Shown in pieces: positions 17,772 through 26,338 of a stretch of 64,000 bases of DNA. How positions within the stretch are numbered: the stretch's first letter is position 1; every line of letters starts with the position of its first letter. Made by a program: the position numbers and the translations under genes. Below the pieces are notes generated by a model that worked only from the letters and a program-made list of their open reading frames with translations, was not told where the DNA came from and ran no database searches. The stretch comes from Candidatus Saccharimonadales bacterium (GTDB lineage: Bacteria; Patescibacteriota; Saccharimonadia; Saccharimonadales; JACQNP01): positions 2,236 through 66,235 of the forward strand of contig JAXLZX010000003.1 of NCBI GenBank assembly GCA_046350695.1. Reading direction: 5' to 3'.

Positions 17772-19286
17772 ATGGATCCAATTACCATTGTTCTGGCTAT
17801 TGCTGGAATTGGTGTAGGTTTTGGTGCAAGTACCGTTGTAACCAAGAAAAAAATAGGAACAGCCGAAGCTGAGGCAGACAAAAAACTAGAAAAAGCAAAG
17901 AAAGAGGCCGCAAAGCTTGTAGAGCAGGCCAAGAGCGAGGCTAGTGAATTGGCCGAGCAGGCAAGGAAAGACGATAATGCTAGGCGGAAAGAGTTCAAAG
18001 ATATTGAAAATCGTCTGCTTAAGAGAGAAGAGACTCTCGACTCCAAATTAGATGATCTTGATAAAAGGACAGAAAAACTTCGCAAGGGCGAAGATGAGGT
18101 TGAATCATTAAAAAATGAGATTCGTGAAATCAGGGTTAAGCAGCAAGAAAAATTGGAAAAAATTGCTAAGCTGACCAAGAAAGATGCCGCAGATAAACTT
18201 TTACAAATGACCGAGCGAGACATACGAGGTGATTTGACTGGGCTTATAGCTAAGCTTCAGGACGAAGCTAAAGATCTTGCCGAAGAGAAAGCGGCATACG
18301 TAATAACTTCCGCTATGGAACGAATGGCTAGTGAGGTTACGGCTGATCGAACAATCGCTTCTTTGAAGTTGGAAGATGACGAAATGAAAGGACGAATAAT
18401 TGGCAAGGAAGGCCGTAATATCCAGGCGTTACAACGTGCGACCGGCGTAGATATTATGGTTGACGATACTCCCGGAATGATAATACTTTCAAGTTTCGAC
18501 CCAGTTAGACGTGAAGTAGCCCGGCAAACTCTTGAGATGTTGATGAAGGACGGCAGAATTCACCCAGGACGTATAGAGGAAGTTGTGGAAAAAGCGCAAA
18601 AGAATGTACAGAAAGATGTTATGCGCGCTGGTGAAGATGCAGCCAGAGAAGTTGGTATTATCGGTATTCCAAAAGAAATTTTACAACTCCTTGGAGAGCT
18701 AAAATACAGAACTAGTTATGGGCAAAACGTTCTAAAGCATAGTACCGAAATGGCCCACATCGCTGGGATTATTGCAGAAGAAGTTGGTGCAGATGTAAAA
18801 ACATCAAAGTATGCAGCACTAGTCCACGATTTAGGAAAGGCTTTAACGCACAAAGTCGAGGGCAAACATCACCATATCAGCGGCGAAGTGTTGCGTAAAT
18901 ATGGCGCACCAGAAGCAGTAGCTCTGGCGGCAGAACAGCACCACGATGATGTCGAGGCGACAACTGTAGAGGCCCTTATTGTAAGGGTAGTTGATGCTAT
19001 TAGTGCTGCTCGTCCAGGTGCTAGGAATATCAGTGCTGAAAACTTTGCAGAGCGAATGAAGGAATTAGAGAACGTGGCTAATGGATTTAAGGGTGTTGAA
19101 AAATCATACGCCATTAGCGCCGGTCGCGAAGTTAGAGTTTTTGTAAAACCAACCGATATTGATGACCTTGGCGCAATCAAGCTTGCTCGTGATATAGCCA
19201 CGAAGGTTGAAAGTAGTATGCAGTACCCAGGCACAATCAAGGTTAATGTTATACGCGAGACTCGAGCAGTAGAGTTCGCTAAATAG
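17772..19286 (+). CDS. rny: ribonuclease Y
   Basis: N-terminal TM helix, coiled coil, KH domain (GRIIGKEGRNIQALQRATGVD) and HD domain (HSTEMAHIAGIIAEE...LVHDLGK). Confidence 0.95.
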   Translation: MDPITIVLAIAGIGVGFGASTVVTKKKIGTAEAEADKKLEKAKKEAAKLVEQAKSEASELAEQARKDDNARRKEFKDIENRLLKREETLDSKLDDLDKRTEKLRKGEDEVESLKNEIREIRVKQQEKLEKIAKLTKKDAADKLLQMTERDIRGDLTGLIAKLQDEAKDLAEEKAAYVITSAMERMASEVTADRTIASLKLEDDEMKGRIIGKEGRNIQALQRATGVDIMVDDTPGMIILSSFDPVRREVARQTLEMLMKDGRIHPGRIEEVVEKAQKNVQKDVMRAGEDAAREVGIIGIPKEILQLLGELKYRTSYGQNVLKHSTEMAHIAGIIAEEVGADVKTSKYAALVHDLGKALTHKVEGKHHHISGEVLRKYGAPEAVALAAEQHHDDVEATTVEALIVRVVDAISAARPGARNISAENFAERMKELENVANGFKGVEKSYAISAGREVRVFVKPTDIDDLGAIKLARDIATKVESSMQYPGTIKVNVIRETRAVEFAK

Positions 19287-19307
19287 TATTAATTTTCTAG
19301 GTAACTT

Positions 19308-19471
19308 ATGATTGCGATTTGGTTTGAATCTCATGCAATAACCACAGACGATGAAGCGAGGTTGGTGAGTTGTTGGAACGATGTCGATTTGTTCGAACTT
19401 TAAGAAAGGCCGACCTTGCAAACAGGCTAGGAGTGCATTTTACGATAGTAAGCTCAAATTTAAGTTGTTAA
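19308..19471 (+). pseudogene. decayed remnant of a histidine-phosphatase (phosphoglycerate-mutase family) gene
   Basis: A 31-codon ORF, MIAIWFESHAITTDDEARLVSCWNDVDLFEL*, resembles the N-terminus of this family (RHG-type start, ...GW.DV.LSELG). A shifted frame continues ...ANRLGVHFTIVSSNL. There are several frame breaks. Confidence 0.3.
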
Positions 19472-19535
19472 AATATTAGTATGCAAGGAAATGTGAGGTG
19501 TTTTCAGGCGTTAAGTCTACTTAGAAGGGAGAAGG

Positions 19536-20174
19536 ATGAAGCTGACTAAATTTGTACATTCATGTGTTCTAGTGGAGCATAGCGGGAAGGCAGTTTTGTT
19601 TGATCCTGGAATATTTAGTTGGGGCAGCGGTACTGTTGACGTATCTGTATTGCCGGGCCTGGATGCTGTTGTAGTTAGCCATAAACATGCCGATCACTTT
19701 CACAAGCCGTTTGTGAAAGAATTAATACGAAAATTCCCTGATGCTCAATGGGCCGCACCGTTAGATATGCATGCTGACCTGCAATCATGGGGGGCGAAAA
19801 AAATAACGAATCAGTCGGTCAATGACTTAGATATCAATGAGATAGAGCACGCAGTTGTCGAACCGTTTGGCATACAGGTACACAATCTAATTACACATTT
19901 TATGGATCTAGTAACGCATCCTGGCGATACGCATAATTTTACAGAAACCAAAGACATACTATTATTGCCAGTGCAGGCACCTTGGGGGACAACAATCAGA
20001 GCTATTGAATTAGTAAACCAACTGAAGCCGAAATATATTCTTCCTATACACGATTGGATGTGGAATAACGATTGGCGAGAGAACGCCTATAATAGGTTTG
20101 AAGATCTCTTTGCTAATTCTGTAACAACTTTCTTGAGGCCTGTTGACGGCCAGTCGATTGAGGTTAGTTTGTGA
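19536..20174 (+). CDS. MBL-fold metallo-hydrolase
   Basis: HxHxDH motif (SHKHADHF). 212 aa. Confidence 0.65.
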   Translation: MKLTKFVHSCVLVEHSGKAVLFDPGIFSWGSGTVDVSVLPGLDAVVVSHKHADHFHKPFVKELIRKFPDAQWAAPLDMHADLQSWGAKKITNQSVNDLDINEIEHAVVEPFGIQVHNLITHFMDLVTHPGDTHNFTETKDILLLPVQAPWGTTIRAIELVNQLKPKYILPIHDWMWNNDWRENAYNRFEDLFANSVTTFLRPVDGQSIEVSL

Positions 20175-20953
20175 AATTCTTATATATAGGTGATGTTATG
20201 GCGGGGCCAGGTATTCAATCTGTAAGCGAGAACTTACCTAGGGCAAAGAAAATTTATGAACCCGATTTTGTTATTGTGCAAGCCGAGAACGTAAGTGATG
20301 GCAAAGGTATGACAGTTGCCGACATGAAACATCTGCAAAAAGTAGGAGTCGACTTTTTTACAGGGGGTAATCATACTCCAGCAAAAATTGAAATCGAAAG
20401 CTTGCTAACAGATCCAAATTCTCCAGTCATAGGCCCTGCCAACATGCCTGATTGCCCAGGTCTTGGCTACAAGTACGTCGGTGCTAAGGGTAAGAAGATA
20501 ATGATAATAACTCTTATGGGTAGCAAGGTGGGCAGGGAGATCAATATAACAAACCCATTACAAAAGATTGATGAGATTCTAAGTTTGCGTGATGATGGCA
20601 CGGATTTTACTATTGTAAATTTTCATGGAGATTTCAGTAGTGAAAAACGTATTATCGGATATTATTTAGATGGTAAAGTAACAGCTGTAGTCGGTGATCA
20701 TTGGCATGTCCCGACGGCCGATGCAATGATCTTGCCGCAAGGCACAGCGCACGTCACGGATGTAGGTATGTGTGGTAGTCTTCATTCCAGTCTAGGTGTC
20801 ACCCTAGAATCGGTTGTTCCTAGATGGAAGGACGGTACAATAACTACAAATGAAATTGCTACCAAACGACCATTTCAGTTTAATGCAGTCTTGTTTGAGG
20901 CGAATAATAAAGGCCTGGCTAATTCTATCAAAAGAATCCAGAATATAAACTAA
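20171..20953 (+). CDS. ymdB: YmdB-like metallophosphoesterase (TIGR00282 family)
   Basis: Motifs GDVMAGPG, QAENVSDGKGMT, GGNHT, NFHGDFSSEK and GDHWHVPTAD. Linkage to rny resembles that in Firmicutes. Confidence 0.8.
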   Translation: MKFLYIGDVMAGPGIQSVSENLPRAKKIYEPDFVIVQAENVSDGKGMTVADMKHLQKVGVDFFTGGNHTPAKIEIESLLTDPNSPVIGPANMPDCPGLGYKYVGAKGKKIMIITLMGSKVGREINITNPLQKIDEILSLRDDGTDFTIVNFHGDFSSEKRIIGYYLDGKVTAVVGDHWHVPTADAMILPQGTAHVTDVGMCGSLHSSLGVTLESVVPRWKDGTITTNEIATKRPFQFNAVLFEANNKGLANSIKRIQNIN

Positions 20954-21015
20954 CTGGTAAAAATCGTATTAATTTTGTATAATCTACTCCTGATAACAAA
21001 TTGTCAGCAAATTTG

Positions 21016-21131
21016 AAAACCAAGCAGAGCTGTTTACGAATTTGATAGGAGTTGGCTTTGTAAGTTTGCTTTTGATGATTGCAAATTTATTTTACAATCA
21101 TCTAGGTAAACTTACTATTACACAACGACGA
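21016..21131 (+). repeat. conserved leader, copy A (paralogue of 35595-35714), includes probable tRNA promoter
   Basis: Shared blocks with copy B: AGGAGTTGGCTTTGT (21047-21061), GCAAATTTATTTT, ACTATTACA and CGACGA. TTTACA-16-TACTAT is a candidate promoter. Confidence 0.6.
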
Positions 21132-21208
21132 CGGGGTGTGGCGCAGTTGGCTAGCGCGCGCGGTTTGGGACCGTGAGGTCGAAGGTTCGAGTCCTTTCAC
21201 CCCGACCA
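21132..21208 (+). tRNA. tRNA-Pro (anticodon TGG), CCA encoded
   Basis: Manual cloverleaf: acceptor CGGGGTG/CACCCCG, D stem GCGC/GCGC, anticodon stem CGCGG/CCGTG, loop TTTGGGA, T arm GAAGG-TTCGAGT-CCTTT. Confidence 0.9.
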
Positions 21209-22770
21209 TTCAAGACAGCTTGAGCCTTTTCCAGTTTGGAGAAGGCTTTTGTCATCTGATAGGACACTACTTTTTGTTCGTCTACGACTAGGTTCAAAAA
21301 GATTATTCGACATATACGGTCTTTTGCGACTTCATTGGCTGCCTTCACCTTAGAACCAGCGTTTTTAGCTAGGTTCAAAAATTGTTCAATGCTTAGCAGC
21401 TCTTCCTCTGGATCGTTTAAGGTGTCTCTTGAATCTTTAATTTGTTGCTCTAGGTCTTTGCGTTCTGCTTCCAATTTTTCAAGCTGCTCATTATTCACTT
21501 TCCAGACAGGGCTGTCCTGTTTGTAGTCAATGAGCCTTAACCCAATGTTTTTAATCCTTCGTTTGGTTGCTTTTAATGCACCCTCTTTGCTGTTTATTTC
21601 AGTTCTAAGTTCGAGCCGTCTTTTATCTGCTTGAATCGTTAGGTTGTCATGATAATACTGATAATCCTTTTCTGTAAGTTCTATCCCTTTTTCCAAGAGC
21701 TTGTAAATGAAATTAAATATCACAATCGCTCGTATAGACTTCTTCTTGCGAGGACAACTTTCACTATTACATCGGTAGTACAAATAGCGTTTACCAGCTC
21801 TAGCTTTCGAAGCAGCAGGACCCATACCTAGACCACAAAATGAGCATTTAATGAGCCCACGAAGCGGGTAGTACGTTTTTCGCCTATTAGTAACAAGTGG
21901 TGATTTGGTGGCTCTGTTGATACGTTGAACTTCATTGAAGTCTTCTTCACTTACTGCTGGCTTAAAATCGTATGCGTCCAACAGCGAAACATTTTTCTTA
22001 GTTTGAATTAGAACGCCGTAATAAAATGGGTCTCGGAAAACATCACTCAAAATCTGAAAGGTCATAGTGATTTTTTCGCCATACTTCTTTGACTTCGTAC
22101 TTTTAATTACACGACCATAACCTTGCTCATTCATGTACTCTGCAATTTCCCGTAAGCCAGTCCCGTTCTTTCGTAGCTGCCATGCTTCTACAATGAGGTC
22201 GTAGTTTTTACCGTCAGGAACATATATGCCCTCATCAGTACGGACATATCCATGCTTGGGCGTTCCTGATGATTTACCCTCTTTCAATGCTCGTTTATGA
22301 CCACGTTTTACGTTTTGAGATAAATTAGCGGAATAGTAAGTAGACAGTGTAAATGAAATTCCAAGTAGCATTTTGCCACTGGCATCGTTGGTAAAGTAAT
22401 GAGTACAGAACTTGAGGTCTTGAATGTATTTATCATCAATCAAGCCAAAAATTTTGCCACCGTCTTGCATGTTTCGTGCCAATCGGTCAGGGTGCCAAGC
22501 TATGATGCCATTCACCTTTCCTGCTTGTAGGTCGTTGAGCATATCTTTGAAACGATCCCGCTTAGGATTGTCAGGTATTTTTGCCGAAGCCTTATCTTCG
22601 TAGTAGGGCTTAGCTAGTCTAATCCCAAGTTTTGCAGCTAGTTCCTCACACTCGGCAATTTGGTCCTCAACAGAACGTTGTTGGCGTTCTTTATCGTCTG
22701 TAGATTTACGAACATAAAGAGCATATTTCAGTTTTGTTATGTCTACCTGTTCTTCTTGCTCGTTCTCCAT
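21151..22770 (-). CDS. large serine recombinase (resolvase/invertase N-domain + recombinase domain + zinc ribbon + coiled coil)
   Basis: N-terminus YALYVRKSTDDKERQQRSVEDQ carries the catalytic Ser context. DRLARN is present, and the zinc ribbon is CSFCG...YYRCNSESC. The last ~19 codons are antisense to tRNA-Pro, so the true C-terminus is uncertain. Confidence 0.9.
   Translation of the reverse strand: MENEQEEQVDITKLKYALYVRKSTDDKERQQRSVEDQIAECEELAAKLGIRLAKPYYEDKASAKIPDNPKRDRFKDMLNDLQAGKVNGIIAWHPDRLARNMQDGGKIFGLIDDKYIQDLKFCTHYFTNDASGKMLLGISFTLSTYYSANLSQNVKRGHKRALKEGKSSGTPKHGYVRTDEGIYVPDGKNYDLIVEAWQLRKNGTGLREIAEYMNEQGYGRVIKSTKSKKYGEKITMTFQILSDVFRDPFYYGVLIQTKKNVSLLDAYDFKPAVSEEDFNEVQRINRATKSPLVTNRRKTYYPLRGLIKCSFCGLGMGPAASKARAGKRYLYYRCNSESCPRKKKSIRAIVIFNFIYKLLEKGIELTEKDYQYYHDNLTIQADKRRLELRTEINSKEGALKATKRRIKNIGLRLIDYKQDSPVWKVNNEQLEKLEAERKDLEQQIKDSRDTLNDPEEELLSIEQFLNLAKNAGSKVKAANEVAKDRICRIIFLNLVVDEQKVVSYQMTKAFSKLEKAQAVLNGRGERTRTFDLTVPNRAR
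21223..21250 (+). terminator. intrinsic terminator after tRNA-Pro (embedded antisense in the recombinase ORF)
   Basis: AGCCTTTTCC-AGTTT-GGAGAAGGCT followed by TTTT (9 of 10 bp paired). Confidence 0.5.
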
Positions 22771-23001
22771 ATTCTAATTGTACCGTAAAGAGTTTTGACG
22801 GGCTGAAGTTATCGTCATTACAACATTACCTCAGAAAAAAATTTGGGAGCGGTTGCTAAGCATTTACAGATACAAAAAGATGAACGAGAATACCCTCTGG
22901 AACGCACGTAGAGCGTCTATGACGAGCTTTAACGCAGGAGTTAAAGAAACCCCCACCTGTCATAATTAGAGTAGGGGTTATTCAAATAAATAAGGAGATT
23001 T

Positions 23002-23232
23002 ATGACTGCGAAAAAAGCCATAGGCAGACCACTAAAAATGGACTCTAGAGTTATAACTAAGCTGATAGCAGCGATACAAACCAACTCTAATATTACAGAC
23101 GCTTGTAGATATGCGGGTATTAGTAGGGACACGTTCTATCGACACATGAGTAACAAAGTATTCGCCGAAAAAATGGCAACAGCTAAAGCGAATCAGAACA
23201 AGTTGATGATGAGTTTTCTGACAGTCTGGTGA
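23002..23232 (+). CDS. small helix-turn-helix protein (candidate recombination directionality factor or regulator)
   Basis: 76 aa, divergent from the recombinase. NITDACRYAGISRDTFYRHM is an HTH. A paralogue lies at 37303-37535. Confidence 0.6.
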   Translation: MTAKKAIGRPLKMDSRVITKLIAAIQTNSNITDACRYAGISRDTFYRHMSNKVFAEKMATAKANQNKLMMSFLTVW

Positions 23233-23357
23233 CCTAACTAGTTCCGTTTGCTGTATTTTTAAGAGTTTTACTGTAAGAAAATTTGTGCCGATCCATAATC
23301 CTCATGCTTGCAGTTTTGTAAATGACGGTGATAATAAGTAGTAGATTGGAGAAATAT

Positions 23358-23921
23358 ATGGCATCAGGTGAACAATTATCAGTTAGTACAGAACAATTCG
23401 AAGCACAGACCTTAGCATTAGTGGCAGAGCAAGCTCAAGTAACACGTGACTATGTGGCAGGTCAGGTTGATGACTGGCAACAGCTACCACTGCTCGCACT
23501 AAGGGCTAATGGGAAAAATGGTTGGAGTTCCCAACTTTCTATGACATCTGAGTATGGAGTTGTTAGAGTTGGGAGTGGTAAGCATTTTGCTGACAATCCT
23601 GAACAGCGTCCTGTAGGTTTATATGGAGTTTATGTAGATTGTTCTTCTGGTAACTTATTGCGTTTATTCGGTGACAGAGTTGCAATTTCATCACCAGAGG
23701 CACTTGCAGATGACAATGAAGTGTTCCACCTATGGGCTACGCAAGCTGCACTCGGCAAGCTCAGTGTATTGTCGGCAAAGACACATATTGAATCTTTGGA
23801 CAGACAGATTAGAGAGCCATTAGGAAGCTGGCGAACACTGGAAGAGGAAGATACAAGACTTGCAGGTATCACGGAAGAAATCTCAAGACGAGGGCTGACA
23901 AGCCGTTTCGTTCGTGGCTAG
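23358..23921 (+). CDS. hypothetical protein (island cargo, no family recognised)
   Basis: 187 aa counted from MASGEQ. GGAG lies 8 nt upstream. Composition looks coding. Confidence 0.5.
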   Translation: MASGEQLSVSTEQFEAQTLALVAEQAQVTRDYVAGQVDDWQQLPLLALRANGKNGWSSQLSMTSEYGVVRVGSGKHFADNPEQRPVGLYGVYVDCSSGNLLRLFGDRVAISSPEALADDNEVFHLWATQAALGKLSVLSAKTHIESLDRQIREPLGSWRTLEEEDTRLAGITEEISRRGLTSRFVRG

Positions 23922-23978
23922 AGTGTTCCTTACAGCCGTTATTAAGATAAAAATCCAATTATTTTATAATATGTAAAA

Positions 23979-24004
23979 TAACAGGGGTGGGCGAAAATAA
24001 CATA
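23979..24004 (+). repeat. 26-nt perfect direct repeat, copy 1 (TAACAGGGGTGGGCGAAAATAACATA), preceded by TATAAT
   Basis: Identical to 27070-27095. In both copies TATAATA lies 8-9 nt upstream. Confidence 0.8.
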
Positions 24005-24134
24005 AGCACTTGACAAGCGTCTTTGTCGCTAAAAAATACACTCTACCCCTGTTAGGGTACGACCGACAACGTATATTGTGCGACATATACTGCTTATGCT
24101 CGCAACCTACTCCTCTTAGCTATAAAATAGGGTT

Positions 24135-24740
24135 ATGAATCCCCGATGCAGCCAATGCTCACGACCAGCAGTAGCAAGTATGAGCAATCAGAACCTTTGT
24201 GTTGAACATGCAGCTATGATGGCAAACATGGTGCAGCGACAACAGGCACAGTCCGCTGCCATGATTAACTACCTAACCGAGCAGATTGAATGGACAATGG
24301 GTGTCCCGTCTTCTGGACCACGAATCGCAATACCACAACCACCCCCTACTGTCGTCCATCGTGGCAACGTAACAAACAACCAGTTTAGGATCGACAGAAG
24401 TGTTATAGGTGCTGTAAATACAGCAGAAGTAGCTAAGATTGAAGTCTCAATGAATAATATCCAAAATCAGGACTCAACAGCTTTTACTACTGCCATTAAA
24501 GAGCTTACAGAGGCGTTTGCTGCAAATGCAGAACTACAAGACAGCAAAAAAGAAGAACTGCTTGAGATTCTTTCATATCTATCGAGTCAGGCAACGTTAC
24601 CTGAACAGCAACAGCAAAAAACACTTATCAAGCGAATGATAAGTAGAGTCCCACAAATTATCACTACTGCTGCTGACCTCACTACGCTCTGGGTTGCTCA
24701 CCACCAAGCACTAAGCAGTTTCTTTAATCTGCCACACTAG
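24135..24740 (+). CDS. hypothetical protein with N-terminal Cys-rich (CxxC...CxxH) motif
   Basis: 201 aa. The start MNPRCSQCSRPAVASMSNQNLCVEH suggests a small zinc-binding element. The rest is helical and Gln-rich. Confidence 0.5.
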   Translation: MNPRCSQCSRPAVASMSNQNLCVEHAAMMANMVQRQQAQSAAMINYLTEQIEWTMGVPSSGPRIAIPQPPPTVVHRGNVTNNQFRIDRSVIGAVNTAEVAKIEVSMNNIQNQDSTAFTTAIKELTEAFAANAELQDSKKEELLEILSYLSSQATLPEQQQQKTLIKRMISRVPQIITTAADLTTLWVAHHQALSSFFNLPH

Positions 24741-24886
24741 AGCGTTATACGCCCACCGTTGTTATCTGATATTGTTGTTTCGTTAAGCTGAGCAAGAGTG
24801 CTCTTTTCATCAACCTCTTGAAGTAGCTTCATAAGCTCTGCTAAGGTTTGACCTTGCTCAACCAGAGTAGACTGGGCTTTACCCAT
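24737..24886 (-). CDS. possible 49-aa ORF (hypothetical)
   Basis: MGKAQSTLVEQGQTLAELMKLLQEVDEKSTLAQLNETTISDNNGGRITL. It is convergent with 24135-24740, and the two stop codons overlap at CTAG. Confidence 0.25.
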   Translation of the reverse strand: MGKAQSTLVEQGQTLAELMKLLQEVDEKSTLAQLNETTISDNNGGRITL

Positions 24887-25074
24887 ATACAACCCCAGCC
24901 GATGTTTTGGTTCGGCTCGTTAGTTTATATATGGGTGACCAAGACTAGTGTCTTACTGGTCGCTGCATCGCACCCTGATGCAATCGTTCTCATCTATAAT
25001 TATACTCTTTTTGCTTATGTTTTGCAAGAGCAAATACAATATAGCTGGTTCAAACGCAAGCTGGTTAATGATTA

Positions 25075-25332
25075 TTAGTAAGTATATATCTTGCCACTTA
25101 TCTGATTAGCAGACTCGCTGTCGTCAATCGTTGCCATTACTGGTGCAGTGTTTCGTTCATACTTCACGGTGTCCCAAGTTTCGTTTAAGGTGTTAAGTAT
25201 ACCCGCAAAAATTGGTTCAACATTATTCGCCTTTGAGCGACCATGATCGAAATCATTGGATTTAAGGAAACCTGCATAGGGTTCTTTTAATTTGAAGTCA
25301 GTTACTTCAATTTGGTAATAGTATTTTTGGGT
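25075..25332 (-). pseudogene. start-less 85-codon open frame (gene remnant)
   Basis: The frame ...YYQIEVTDFKLKEPYAGFLKSNDFDHGRSKANNVEPIFAGILNTLNETWDTVKYERNTAPVMATIDDSE... is bounded upstream by TAG. There is no ATG, GTG or TTG in the first two thirds. Confidence 0.3.
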
Positions 25333-25396
25333 CTAATTGAGCATTTGTGCTATCCCTGTGGATTTTGCTATTTATCCCTGTTATTATTTAGTATAC

Positions 25397-26338
25397 ATGA
25401 AAGCATTTATTTTTGACCCTCTTTGGGACGACCTAGTAACACCCGACCTACTGGAAGTACTCAAGCAAGCTAATGTAGATATTGTGGTTACTAAAGTCAT
25501 TGCTCCGTTAAGTGATTGCAAAGAGTTGTTTGAGGGTGATGAGGACAGGTTTTTATGTGTGAACCCTGACTATGTTGGCTGGAAGCTGAAAAGCGAAGAC
25601 TATGAAAAGATTCCTAACTTAAAGGGTATATTCACTGAATCCACTGGTTATGAGTGGGTTGAACCAAAAGCAGCTAATAGACTTGGTATACCGATTTGTA
25701 ACATAGTGGCTTTCAATACTCAGGCAGTTGCTGAATGGGCAGTTATGATGATGTTCAACTTAGCACGTCAGACGCCACGCTTAATCAAAGATGGTTTCCC
25801 GTTAGATTTTGATAAGGACTTCTCTAAGTATCGAGGCATACAGCTTAAGGGCAAAACAGCAGGTATTATCGGACTAGGAAACATTGGTTCAGCCATTGCA
25901 GAACGCTGTGCGGGACTGGGCATGAATGTAGTGTATTGGTCACGCTCCTCAACCAACGACAAGTATAAGAAGCTGTCATTGGAAGAGTTGCTGTCTACAG
26001 CAGACGTTATACTTCCTGCCACTGCTAAGAATGACGAAACTGTAAAGCTTGTTAATGACGATATGATTCGCACCATAAAGAAAGACGCTATGGTAGTAGA
26101 TATTGTTCACGCTATGTTTAATCATCAGCTACTCGTTGATATGGTGGCTTCTGGTGATTTGTATGGCTATGGTTTTGAGGGCGAACCAAAAGACTTTGCT
26201 AAGTTTGAAGGCAATGTCTGGGCCGCCCCTGCTTACGCTTGGGCTACTTATGAGTCTATGTATAACAGCGTAGCTAAATTGGTTGATAATATCGTAAGTG
26301 CCAGTAAGGGCGAGTTTCCAACAAGGGTAAATAAGTGA
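25397..26338 (+). CDS. D-isomer-specific 2-hydroxyacid dehydrogenase family protein
   Basis: NAD-binding GKTAGIIGLGNIGSAIAERCAGLGMNV. The start is set at MKAFIFD, because the TTG start in the ORF track looks like a spurious extension. Confidence 0.8.
   Translation: MKAFIFDPLWDDLVTPDLLEVLKQANVDIVVTKVIAPLSDCKELFEGDEDRFLCVNPDYVGWKLKSEDYEKIPNLKGIFTESTGYEWVEPKAANRLGIPICNIVAFNTQAVAEWAVMMMFNLARQTPRLIKDGFPLDFDKDFSKYRGIQLKGKTAGIIGLGNIGSAIAERCAGLGMNVVYWSRSSTNDKYKKLSLEELLSTADVILPATAKNDETVKLVNDDMIRTIKKDAMVVDIVHAMFNHQLLVDMVASGDLYGYGFEGEPKDFAKFEGNVWAAPAYAWATYESMYNSVAKLVDNIVSASKGEFPTRVNK

Noticed and set aside
17699-18223. A 174-aa minus-strand ORF antisense to rny. Similar long antisense ORFs lie inside pilB (9217-9747), purL (38903-39307, 39626-40117), the P1B ATPase (33554-34048, 34295-34624, 34682-34924), murA (52552-52944, 53287-53778), pilM, the 544-aa pilus protein and others.
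   Set aside because: All lie fully inside strongly supported genes on the other strand. They have low-complexity Ser/Leu/Thr-rich translations and no SD or family signal. They are treated as shadow ORFs.
19104-19421. A 105-aa minus-strand ORF downstream of rny.
   Set aside because: It overlaps the rny 3' end and the phosphatase remnant. Its translation has no family signal, so it is probably spurious.
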